NCBI GenBank assembly: GCA_963808625.1
Contig: CAWEHK010000051.1
Span: 97,425 to 161,424 of the forward strand
Length of the DNA: 64,000 nt
Reading direction: 5' to 3'
Source of the DNA: an uncultured delta proteobacterium
Lineage (GTDB): Bacteria; Desulfobacterota; Syntrophobacteria; Syntrophobacterales; Syntrophobacteraceae
How positions within the stretch are numbered: position 1 is the stretch's first letter; each line of letters opens with the position of its first letter. Positions 52,843 through 62,032 of the stretch are shown piece by piece. A program made the translations under genes and the position numbers. A model generated the notes under the pieces. That model did not search any database, was not told the DNA's origin, and saw only the letters and a list, made by a program, of their open reading frames with translations.

Positions 52843-53232
52843 ATGGACGAGCTTACGGAATCTTTAATAAAGGCCCTTGACGCTCAAAAAGAGCGCGTGA
52901 TTTTCGCCTACCTTTTTGGCTCGGCAGCCGAAGGAAAGACTGCCCCCACCAGTGACATCGACGTCGCGCTCTACCTCTCGAAGAAACATGCGGCGTCTCC
53001 CCTGGATGAAAGGCTTCACCTTTACGGCGAACTGAGCAGGGCCCTGATGAGAAACGACATCGATGTGGTGATCCTCAACACAACCAGAAATCTCATGCTG
53101 CTTGATGAGGTCATCCGGCACGGTGTTGTGGTGCTGGACCAGGACCCTGACTTGAGAGAGGACTTCGAGCTCACCATCATGCACCGCGCCATTGATTTCA
53201 AGACCCAAAGAGCAGTTGTCGTAGGATTCTGA
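52843..53232 (+). CDS. MntA-like antitoxin (pair 2)
   Basis: Canonical YLFGS-x10-DID; DIDVVILN. Confidence 0.88.
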   Translation: MDELTESLIKALDAQKERVIFAYLFGSAAEGKTAPTSDIDVALYLSKKHAASPLDERLHLYGELSRALMRNDIDVVILNTTRNLMLLDEVIRHGVVVLDQDPDLREDFELTIMHRAIDFKTQRAVVVGF

Positions 53233-53642
53233 TGGAGCGGATCTATCAGAAGATCGGGAGGATTCGCGAGTATCATGCGCTGGTATCCTCATTGAAAGAC
53301 AACTGCCTGGAGCGATTTAACGCTGATCCCATTTACCGGGGAGCCCTGCTTCATTACCTGTACCTTTTGGCTGACAGTTGTGTTTCCCTGGCTGAATTGG
53401 TAATCAAGCACCGGAAACTCAGACTCCCCCAATCCTATCATGAGGCGTTCGATATTCTTGGCGAGCAAGGGCTCCTTGATCCCTCATTCGCATACGATTT
53501 TGCGAGAATTGCCGGGTTCCGGAATTTCCTTGCCCACGACTACGAGCGAACGGACCCCCGGTTCATCTGCGAACAGGTCCTGTCGAAGCTGGATGACGTC
53601 CATTCTTTTCTCGAACAAATAGAGCGCGCCCTGGATTGCTAA
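53232..53642 (+). CDS. HepT-like HEPN (DUF86) toxin (pair 2)
   Basis: PQSY.E.F..L, AGFRNFLAHDY. Confidence 0.88.
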   Translation: MERIYQKIGRIREYHALVSSLKDNCLERFNADPIYRGALLHYLYLLADSCVSLAELVIKHRKLRLPQSYHEAFDILGEQGLLDPSFAYDFARIAGFRNFLAHDYERTDPRFICEQVLSKLDDVHSFLEQIERALDC

Positions 53643-53783
53643 TGTGCAAGGTCATGCAATTCTTTCAATATTTATCTCTAACCTATTGTTTTCTCAGCGA
53701 TCTCTGCGTTCTCTGCGGTGGATTGTTCTGGTTGCGGCCATCGGCTGCCCTGGGAGCTCTGCCAATCAACGCAAGCTGAATTC

Positions 53784-54239
53784 ATGCAAATATCGCAACC
53801 GCCAAACCATGATTCCAACCCTCGTCCGAGCGAACTTGCCCGCATTTGCCAATCCTTTGGCGCGGCTTCACTTTATGTCTTCGGCAGCCGAGCCGACGAA
53901 GTCCGGCAATGGGTCGCCCAAGAAAGGCCCGCTCTGGAGCCGCGAGGGGCCGACGTCGATGTGGGCGTCAGGCCCAGGATTGGCCGCCTGCATCATATCA
54001 GGGAGCGCGTGCAGTTGACTGTTGCCCTGGAGGATTATCTGGGATGCAACCGGGTGGACCTCGTGATCCTTCCGGAAGCGGACCCGTTTGTAGCGGTGGA
54101 AGTGATTCGCGGTGAGCGGCTGTATGCAGAGGACGATCACGATGCGGATGAATATGAGCTGTACCTGCTCCGGCGCGCGGGTGACCTGGTGCCTCTGGAG
54201 CGAGAGCGGATGGCCATGATCTTGCGGGAAAACAGATGA
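53784..54239 (+). CDS. MntA-like antitoxin (pair 3)
   Basis: YVFGS-x21-DVD, RVDLVILPE; paralog of pair 1. Confidence 0.85.
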   Translation: MQISQPPNHDSNPRPSELARICQSFGAASLYVFGSRADEVRQWVAQERPALEPRGADVDVGVRPRIGRLHHIRERVQLTVALEDYLGCNRVDLVILPEADPFVAVEVIRGERLYAEDDHDADEYELYLLRRAGDLVPLERERMAMILRENR

Positions 54240-54694
54240 CACCCGGTCTCATCTCGAAACGTGTGGTCGTAGACCGCATGGCACTTCTGGAAGAGGTGCT
54301 CCAAGACATTCGCCGCCTGCCATTGGCGGAGCGTGAGCTTTTCTTCACCGACCGGCGCAACCTCTGGAGTGGGGAATCCTGCCTCCGTCGGGCACTCGAA
54401 GCGTTGCTCGACATAGGCCGCCACATCCTGGCCAAAGGCTTTGCCACTGCGGTGAGCGAATATAAAGAGGTTGCTGACAAACTGCAGGAATATGGCGTAC
54501 TGTCGAAAGACGACGGAAAGCTTTTGCGGCTGCTGGCCGGATATCGAAACCGTCTCGTTCATTTCTATCATGAAGTCTCAGCGGATGAGCTCTACCAAGT
54601 CTGTTCCGAGCAACTGACCGACCTTGAGCGCATCGTTTCGGCATATCGGCAATGGCTTTCCGATCACCCGGAGAAGCTCGATGCTGTTCTGTGA
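54236..54694 (+). CDS. HepT-like HEPN (DUF86) toxin (pair 3)
   Basis: RRALEALLDIGRHILAKGF, AGYRNRLVHFY; paralog of pair 1. Confidence 0.88.
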   Translation: MTPGLISKRVVVDRMALLEEVLQDIRRLPLAERELFFTDRRNLWSGESCLRRALEALLDIGRHILAKGFATAVSEYKEVADKLQEYGVLSKDDGKLLRLLAGYRNRLVHFYHEVSADELYQVCSEQLTDLERIVSAYRQWLSDHPEKLDAVL

Positions 54695-54793
54695 CGAACG
54701 GTCAAGCCGCACCAAACCATGCTTTGCGCTCTTTTCGCCTTCCTGGTTAGAAACAGAAGTTTAAGGATAGCACCATTTTTTTGAGCAGGATTG

Positions 54794-55910
54794 ATGCATA
54801 AGACTCAACCCTTCTGGCAGGACCGACAAGTCTTTCTCACCGGGCATACCGGTTTTAAAGGGTCGTGGCTGTGCCTCTGGCTTTACCGTCTGGGGGCAAA
54901 GGTCTTCGGGTACGCCCTCGATCCTCCAACTCAGCCCAACCTTTTCGACCTCTGCCGAATTGACGAGCTGGTTACTTCTGTCCTTGGCGACGTCAGCGAT
55001 TCCGGGGCGCTTCAGGAAGCGCTCCTCGAGGCCGAAGCGGAAGTGGTCATCCACATGGCGGCTCAGTCCCTGGTTCGAGAATCCTACCAGGACCCGGGGC
55101 GAACCTATGCCACTAATGTGATGGGAACCGTGAATCTTCTTGAAGCCGTTCGCCGCACGCCCACGGTCAGGGCCGTGGTCATCGTCACTTCCGACAAGTG
55201 CTACCTGAATCAGGAATGGCTCTGGGGCTATCGCGAAAACGAACCGCTCGGAGGTCACGATCCCTACTCCTCGAGCAAAGCCTGTGCCGAACTGGTCACC
55301 GACGCCTATCGCCGCTCCTTTTTCAACAGCACCCCCTCACCGACCCCAGCAGCCTCTCACTTTTCACTCTTCACCCTTCACCCTTCACTCTCCCGCCATC
55401 GCTTCGGCCCGCGCGGGGAATGTCATCGGCGGCGGTGATTGGGGCGCCGATCGCCTGGTCCCTGACTGTGTCCGCGCCCTCCTGAAAGGGGAAAAAATCC
55501 TGATCCGCAATCCCGCAGCCCTGCGCCCCTGGCAGCATGTCCTCGAGCCGTTGAGCGGCTACCTGCTGCTGGCCGAAAAGCTCTACCGCGAAGGTCCCCA
55601 GTTTGCCGAAGCCTGGAATTTTGGCCCCGACGACACCGATACGAAACCCGTTGAGTGGCTGGTCGAAAAGCTTTGCGCCCTTTGGGGCGACGGCGCCGGC
55701 TACGAGATCGACGCCCGTAGACACCCGCATGAAGCGCAGCACCTCAAGCTCGACTGTTCCAAGGCGCGGGCGAAACTGGGATGGCAGCCCCGCTGGAACC
55801 TCGCAAAAGCCATTGAATCCATTGTCCAATGGACCAAGGCCCACCAGAGAGGCCACGATGCCAGAGCCTTTTGCATCAAAGAAATCGAAGCCTACATGAA
55901 TGCCCAATAA
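54794..55910 (+). CDS. rfbG: CDP-glucose 4,6-dehydratase (+1 frameshift within a heptamer-rich insert, 55325-55392)
   Basis: TGHTGFKGSWL, HMAAQSLVR, TSDKCY, GGHDPYSSSK, RAGNVIGGGDW, RPWQHVLEPL. Confidence 0.92.
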
Positions 55911-55962
55911 AAGGAACACACAGGGCTGCGCGTGTGACCGTTGCGGGCTGAAGGAAAAGGAC

Positions 55963-56178
55963 ATGGAAGCAATCCGCCAGGTCGTTCATCGAGACAAACT
56001 CAACAGAATCATTCCCATACCCGAAAGCTTCGGCCCCAATGTGGAAGTGATTATTTTACCCACCTCGCGTGACCATGAAGAGTCATTGTCTGAGAATGAG
56101 CGTTTTCTGGCAGCGGCATACCATGCAGTGATTGAAGACGACGCAGAAGAAGACCGAATCTGGGAAAAGTATGTATGA
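55963..56178 (+). CDS. Small acidic protein, putative antitoxin of the downstream MazF-like domain
   Basis: VEVIILP segment, acidic tail [17 protein letters not shown] overlap with the next gene. Confidence 0.6.
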   Translation: MEAIRQVVHRDKLNRIIPIPESFGPNVEVIILPTSRDHEESLSENERFLAAAYHAVIEDDAEEDRIWEKYV

Positions 56179-57822
56179 CCCAACCAGGACCCGGCGATAT
56201 CTTCATCTATGCGGTGCCTTTCGTGGACGACCCCTCGCAGTCCAAACCGCGTCCCATTCTTGTGATAGGGGCCCCAAATGGTGAGGGTGATGTTTTAGCT
56301 CTCGCAGGGACATCCAAGGGTTTTCGCTGGAGGCAGGAGCCAAGCTTCACCGTCAACCCGTCCGAATTATCCGAGGGTACTCTTCGCGATATCACGATAT
56401 TCCCCCTTTCCAAGCGAGTACTGGTTACAGGAAGATTTTTGAGGACGCTCGTGGGCAGATTGGGCACTGCGCAGCTTGAAACTTTGCTAAGAAGTCTCCT
56501 GGCTGAAGACACGTCAAGTTTCTATCGGACTGTTCACCAACCCAAACAGCAAGCCCCCTTCCTCCCCGGCCAATCTCGCATCCCCTATGCCGGGCGCGTC
56601 TTCGATGACCGGGAGGTTTCAGCACTGGTGGACGCTTCCCTCGACTTCTGGCTTACTGCCGGCCGTTACGCGGAAACCTTCGAACAGCAATTGGCGGAAT
56701 TCCTCGGCGTGCGCTGCTGTTCCCTCGTCAACTCCGGTTCTTCGGCCAATCTGCTGGCCTTCATGGCGCTCACCTCATCCAGCCTGGGCGACCGGCAGAT
56801 CCGCAAAGGCGACGAAGTCATCACCTCGGCCGTCGGCTTCCCGACCACCGTAGCCCCGATCATCCAGTACGGCGCCGTGCCCGTATTCATCGATGTCGAG
56901 TCGGCCACCGGCAATATCGACTGCACTCACCTCGAACCCGCCCTGTCCCCCAAAACCAGGGCCGTGATGCTGGCCCATACCCTGGGCAATCCTTTTGACG
57001 TCAAAGAGGTCAAAGAGTTCTGCGACCGCCATGGGCTCTGGCTCATCGAAGACAACTGCGACGCCCTGGGGGCGCGCTATCGACTCAACGGTCACTGGCG
57101 GTTATACCGGCTCCTTTGGGGACCTGGGCACCTCGAGCTTCTACCCTCCCCATCACATCACCATGGGCGAGGGCGGGGCTGTTTATACGAACAATCCCAC
57201 TTTGAAGCGCCTCGTCGAATCATTCCGCGACTGGGGGCGCGACTGCTGGTGCCCCCCGGGCCGCGACAACACCTGCGGGCAGCGTTTTGCCCGGCAATTC
57301 GGCGAGCTCCCGCTCGGCTACGACCACAAGTATGTCTATTCCCACTTCGGCTACAACCTCAAGGCCACAGACATGCAAGCAGCCGTCGGCTGCGCGCAAC
57401 TCGAGAAGCTCCCGGCTTTCATCGCAGCCCGGCGCCGCAATTGGAATCTTCTCCGCGAAGGACTCGCCGACCTCTCCGACGTCTTCGTCCTTCCCGAACC
57501 CACGCCCGACTCGGACCCATCATGGTTCGGCTTTCTGCTAACGATCCGAAGTGATGCTCCCGTTTCCCGCGACCGTCTGCTGAGCCGCCTCGAATCCTCG
57601 GGCATCCAAACGCGCATGCTCTTTGCGGGGAACCTCGTCAAACACCCCTGCTTCGACGAACTGCGCAAGAATCGGCAAGGCTATAGGATCGTCGGCGACC
57701 TGGCCAACACGGACATCATCATGAACCACTCCTTCTGGCTCGGGGTCTACCCCGGCCTTTCCGAGGCGATGATCGCGTATATGGTGGAGCAAGTAAAAAA
57801 GGCAGTGAAAAGTGAAGGGTGA
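56175..57822 (+). CDS. rfbH: CDP-4-keto-6-deoxyglucose 3-dehydratase RfbH/DdhC with N-terminal MazF/PemK-like domain (frameshift near 57105)
   Basis: N-term [17 protein letters not shown]; then [62 protein letters not shown]. Confidence 0.88.
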
Positions 57823-57835
57823 AGGGTGAGAGGAT

Positions 57836-58230
57836 TTGGTTTCTGTGGAGAAGAACCTGAGAGCGGCCGTTGAACTCTATCTCGATGATGTGAGAGAACA
57901 TCCGGAGACTGTGGTATCGCCTATTTCCATTGAGGAGTTTGTAGACTTTTTGAGAGAGACGGAGCCCGACTGGCACAAGTACCTGCCCGATGACCTCCTT
58001 TTGAAGCCTCGAGAGGTTCATGAGGTCCCCTCATATGCCTATGGTTCCGTCCATGAGCAGTAAGGAATGGTGTTCTCCTTCTTGTGGACTCCAGAGTAGT
58101 TTTAGCATGTGTATCTCACAAAAAAGGAGAAATGTCCCGTCTTTATTGCACTACCAAAAAAAGTGTCCGGTAGTGAATGCCAGGTACGGGTCAACGCAGA
58201 ATTGGGAACGATCCTCACACCAAGAAGTAA
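57836..58230 (+). pseudogene. Degenerate HicB-like/HicA-like TA pair
   Basis: NLRAAVELYLDD HicB-like helix lacking its N-terminus; overlapping MPMVPSMSSKE HicA-like start that then degrades. Confidence 0.4.
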
Positions 58231-58239
58231 GAGAATCAG

Positions 58240-58492
58240 ATGAAGCCCGAGATTCGTTTCTCGCGGCATTCGACAAGAAGGATACAGTTATATCGTATTG
58301 ACCCAAGGGACATACTTGATACGATTTTGTTTGCGTTGGACCGAGGCGAGTCGTAGTTGGGCAGGCATCAAATTGTTAACAGAGAGTTTTCAAAGAAGTA
58401 CGGGCACCCTCTGAAGGTCGTGTTTGACGTGAAAGTTGATGAGTTGGTAGTAATCACAGCACATATCCTTTAAAGAGAGGGACCAAAGATGA
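58240..58492 (+). pseudogene. DUF4258-like toxin with an internal stop
   Basis: MKPEIRFSRHSTRR...GES*LG...PLKVVF...LVVITA; not in the ORF track. Confidence 0.6.
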
Positions 58493-58707
58493 AGATTTAC
58501 TACGATAAAGAGGTTGATGCTGCCTACCTAAAGTTTTCCGAGCTGCAGCCGACGGCCGTTGTCGAAATTTCAGAAGGGGTAAACCTTGATGTGACGGACA
58601 AGGATGAAATAGTTTGGATCGAAATACTCAATGCAGCCAAGAAGTTTCCATTGGGATCTCTTTTTGTCTGTGAATACGATCCGGAACTGTTGGTCGGAAC
58701 GGCCTGA
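58489..58707 (+). CDS. DUF2283 family protein (putative antitoxin)
   Basis: MKIYYDKEVDAAYL...IEILNA. Confidence 0.8.
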   Translation: MKIYYDKEVDAAYLKFSELQPTAVVEISEGVNLDVTDKDEIVWIEILNAAKKFPLGSLFVCEYDPELLVGTA

Positions 58708-58887
58708 CAGCCCTTTATTATTGTCAATTCCATAAAGGAGACTTTTGAGTGGATCAACTCCCGGATCGGGCCGTAAGGATTATGAAACGATTCATCTCTG
58801 TATCACCTTCGTGCTCTTCGTGTCCTTCGTGGTAATTGCACTTTTAGGGTTCCGCGAAACCGTATCCGCTGCAACACGCCCGAAAAG

Positions 58888-59127
58888 GTGACGCCATTGG
58901 ACCACATCCTCTCTCACACCCGCGATCTCTGGGAAGAACTTGGCGAGGGAAGGCTTTTCATCACCGGCGGCACGGGTTTCTCTGGCTGCCGTTTGCTGGA
59001 AAGCGTCCTCCGGGTCGATGACCGGCTTGGCCTTGATGCCACAGCTGTCGTCGTCACGCGCAAACTATCCTTGTTGGCCCGTCTCGCGACTCCGCCCTCA
59101 AAAGGACCAAGTTTGTCCCTGACGTGA
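58888..59127 (+). pseudogene. 5' stub of an NAD-dependent epimerase/dehydratase (copy 1)
   Basis: LDHIL.HT.DLWEEL...LFITGGTGF, then truncated. Confidence 0.75.
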
Positions 59128-59333
59128 GTCCGGCCGAAAAAACCTTGGACTCAACCTCTAGACCGATCTCGATACCGCCATGCGTCGCACTGTCAACTGG
59201 CATAGCGGATCCGAGCCGGCTCTGATGATACGACAGATAGTTGACCCTGTTCGCTATATTCTGAAAACACGGTGCAAGCCACGATAAATTCAGGTTTCCA
59301 GTTTGACATTTGCGTCTACGAGTAAGTTGACCC

Positions 59334-59739
59334 TTGGATCTAAAAGATCACATACGGTACTGGCTCAATAGCGCGGAGCACGACCTGGATGCAGCGCAAA
59401 GTCTTCTTGCTTCAGGTCGGTATGACTGGTGCTTGTTCATTGGGCATCTCGTCCTGGAGAAGGCCATCAAGGCAATCTATGTGCGAGATAACCGGAACCA
59501 GCTTGCCTCCGAGGACGCATGATCTCGTAAAACTGGCAGAAAGAACAAGCTTGTCCTCACGATTGAGCAGAAACTCTTTCTGGACGAGGTAAATGACTTC
59601 AACCTGGAAGTCCGGTATCCTGATTACAAGTCAGACTTCCAGAAAAGATGCACCAGTGGAATTTGCAGAACGCTACTTCCAGAGCATCAAGGAAACCTTT
59701 GAATGGATCAAATCCCAGATCGGGTCACCGGCATCATAA
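59334..59739 (+). CDS. HEPN domain protein (frameshifted)
   Basis: YW..AEHDL..A..L...RYDWCLF.GHL.LEKAIKA, PRTHDL, EVRYPDY. Confidence 0.8.
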
Positions 59740-60020
59740 GACGCTTCATCAAGGAATTGGAAAACAACCAGATTCACATAGCGCAAGCTGTGCTGTTTGG
59801 CAGCTATGCTGCGGGAACATATGACGACTGGAGCGACATCGATCTTGCTGTGGTATCGGATGCCTTTGAAGGTGAACGCTTTCGTGATCGAAATATGATC
59901 AGGCGTATAACTCTCGCGATAAGTTCCGAACTCGAACCTTTGCCTTACCGGCCAGAGGATTTCACACCGGATGATCCATTTGTTCGAGAGGTGTTGGAGA
60001 CCGGGGTCAGGGTTGTTTAA
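59703..60020 (+). CDS. Minimal nucleotidyltransferase (MNT) antitoxin
   Basis: LFGSYAAGTYDDWSDIDLAVVS; overlaps the HEPN gene. Confidence 0.85.
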   Translation: MDQIPDRVTGIIRRFIKELENNQIHIAQAVLFGSYAAGTYDDWSDIDLAVVSDAFEGERFRDRNMIRRITLAISSELEPLPYRPEDFTPDDPFVREVLETGVRVV

Positions 60021-60177
60021 AGGTCCTGCACCGAGAAAACATCGCCGTCCAGTCCCTGGAAGAATACAAAAGGAGCCTTTTCCTGAGCCAGCAGTGAGTC
60101 CCAGCCGTCCTTCGCCTGCTACGCTCATGGCCTATTGCCAAAAGCCTATAGCCCATGGCCCTTTATGAGAGTCCCCC

Positions 60178-60360
60178 TTGACTAACGTATTGACCGACGA
60201 CTTGGACCACATCCTCTCTCACACCCGCGATCTCTGGGAAGAACTTCGCGAGGGGAGGCTTTTCATCACCGGCGGCACGGGTTTCTTTGGCTGCTGCCTT
60301 TCTGGAAAGCTTCCTTTAGGCCGGCAAACACCTGGTCCTCGATGCGTCCCTCGTTGTCCT
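60178..60360 (+). pseudogene. 5' stub of an NAD-dependent epimerase/dehydratase (copy 2)
   Basis: [32 protein letters not shown]; ~95 nt nearly identical to 58897-58992. Confidence 0.75.
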
Positions 60361-60362
60361 GA

Positions 60363-60555
60363 GCTCAAGGCATTGATCTATTTCCATCTCGACGAACATT
60401 CCTCGGGTAGAGCACTGATTCAAGTCTAATGAGGATGATTTCGACCGTGAGCAGGTTGCTCCCCCCGATGGCATAATGAAAAGTAGCTTCTCTGAAGCCA
60501 TCAACTCTCGGGGACTTGAGCAGCTACAGTACATCTACCAGGGACTTCGGTCCAA
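60363..60555 (+). mobile_element. Internal remnant resembling an IS4-family transposase
   Basis: [21 protein letters not shown]...APPDGI.KSSFSEAINSRGLEQL; recalled as typical of deltaproteobacterial IS4-type transposases, not verified. Confidence 0.5.
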
Positions 60556-60559
60556 AGCG

Positions 60560-60778
60560 CAAATGGGAACACAAAAGGGGCATACCCGGTTGGATGTTGA
60601 GCAGGTCATAATCAGTCCGGATCAGGCGGTGACGGGCGACTTGGGCATCATAGTAGCGCAATCAAGAAAAGGTGATGGTTTACTTCGTATTCCCTATAGG
60701 GCAACAGAGGAGGGGTTGAAAGTTCTGACTCTTTACTGGACGAGCAAGATAGACAAGTATTGGGAGAAAGACAAATGA
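60560..60778 (+). pseudogene. 5'-truncated DUF4258-like toxin
   Basis: VEQVI.SPD...AQ....LLRI.Y......VLTLYWTSKIDKYW; directly upstream of a DUF2283 gene. Confidence 0.55.
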
Positions 60779-60936
60779 GGGTGCAGTACGACGAGGAGTC
60801 CGACATTCTCATCTTGATACTGCGCGATGAGCCGCCGGTCGATGCAATTGAAGAGCCGGGGGGGATCATTGTAAGCTACGGTGACGATGGCGAACCTGTA
60901 AGTGTTGAGTTTCTGAATGCTAACGGGAGAAACTGA
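60775..60936 (+). CDS. DUF2283 family protein
   Basis: MRVQYDEESDIL...GEPVSVEFLNA (53 aa, below the ORF-track cut-off). Confidence 0.7.
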   Translation: MRVQYDEESDILILILRDEPPVDAIEEPGGIIVSYGDDGEPVSVEFLNANGRN

Positions 60937-61047
60937 TGGGTTCGGTGAACCGTGATCATTCCGATGTAACGAACTCAACCGGGTGCATCAGCCGCTCATC
61001 CTATAGCTTTCACTTTTCACGTTTCACCCTTTGAAGGAAGAGATGAA

Positions 61048-61295
61048 ATGAAAGCTGTTTACTCAGAGCGGATTACAAGAGATCCGGCTGTGTGCAGCGG
61101 AAACCCGATAATAAAGGGCACGCGCATCAGGTTAAAGGTGATCTGGACAACCTTGCAGAGGGACATGGCGCTCAGGAGATTCTAAAATCTTACCCAAGCC
61201 TCTCAATTGAAGATGTACAAGCGGTAATCGCCTTTGCGGCAGCCTCTGTGGCAGATGAGTATTGCCATCCGGTTCCGGAGGCGCTTACAGCTTGA
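61048..61295 (+). CDS. DUF433 family antitoxin (frameshifted)
   Basis: RITRDPAVCSG.P.IKGTRI...LDNLAEG....EIL..YP.L..EDV.A. Confidence 0.8.
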
Positions 61296-61713
61296 TGAAG
61301 GTTAAGATCGATGAATGCCTTCCGCAGGAATGTGCTGAGATCCTGATATCGAAGGGCTACGACGCAGAGACGGTTTACCAGGAGGGACTCCGAGGTGCAA
61401 CAGATTTGCACATCTGGTCAGTCGCCCAACGGGAGAAACGCTTCCTCATTACAACGGACCTTGATTTTTCCGATGTGAGACGATACCAACCGGGTCAGCA
61501 TGCGGGTATCCTATTAATACGCCTGCATAAAGAGGGAAGAGATCGGGTAATTGCCTATTTGGATTGGATATTAGCGAGTATGACATGAAGAAATGGCGGG
61601 GTTGCCTCGTTATTGCGACTGACCACAAAGTTCGCATACGTAAGCCTGGGGATCTCGGAGGTCGTAGCACCGTTTCATCATCAGAAACTCGAAAAACCGT
61701 GAAACTAAGATAA
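61295..61713 (+). CDS. DUF5615/VapC45-like PIN toxin (frameshift near 61575)
   Basis: KIDECLP, V..EGLRGATD..IW..AQ.E.R.LITTDLDF, HAGI..IRL. Confidence 0.8.
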
Positions 61714-61925
61714 TCGTCCCCAGCTACAATGAATCGAAAAGCCTTATAAGCTTATTGAAGGTTCTGGCAATTGCAGAGAACAGTGGATTCCGGAAATATC
61801 ATCGGAGATGACTGCTCTGATGTCGGTAGTCTTTCAATTGGGAAGGAACTCGAGGAAACCATAGCAGATTCTTTTGCTCACTCATGAAGAAAACCGTGGC
61901 AAAGGAGCAGCTTTGCGTCGGGGCG
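61699..61925 (+). pseudogene. Degenerate 5' fragment of a family 2 glycosyltransferase, cut off next to the transposase
   Basis: IIVPSYNE...DDCS...HEENRGKGAALRRG across frameshifts. Confidence 0.55.
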
Positions 61926-62032
61926 TATGATCTGGGGCTTCTAAATCGGCCCTCAAGCGTTGACCAATTTTTGGCTTAGGTGGTCATAGGAAGCAGACCC
62001 AGGTTTCAGAAGATCGGCCTTTCATGGGCGTT

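Noticed and set aside
51492..61713. Classical integron cassette array
   Set aside because: No tyrosine integrase and no recurring attC-like RYYYAAC..GTTRRRY palindromes recognised by eye; a covariance search would be decisive
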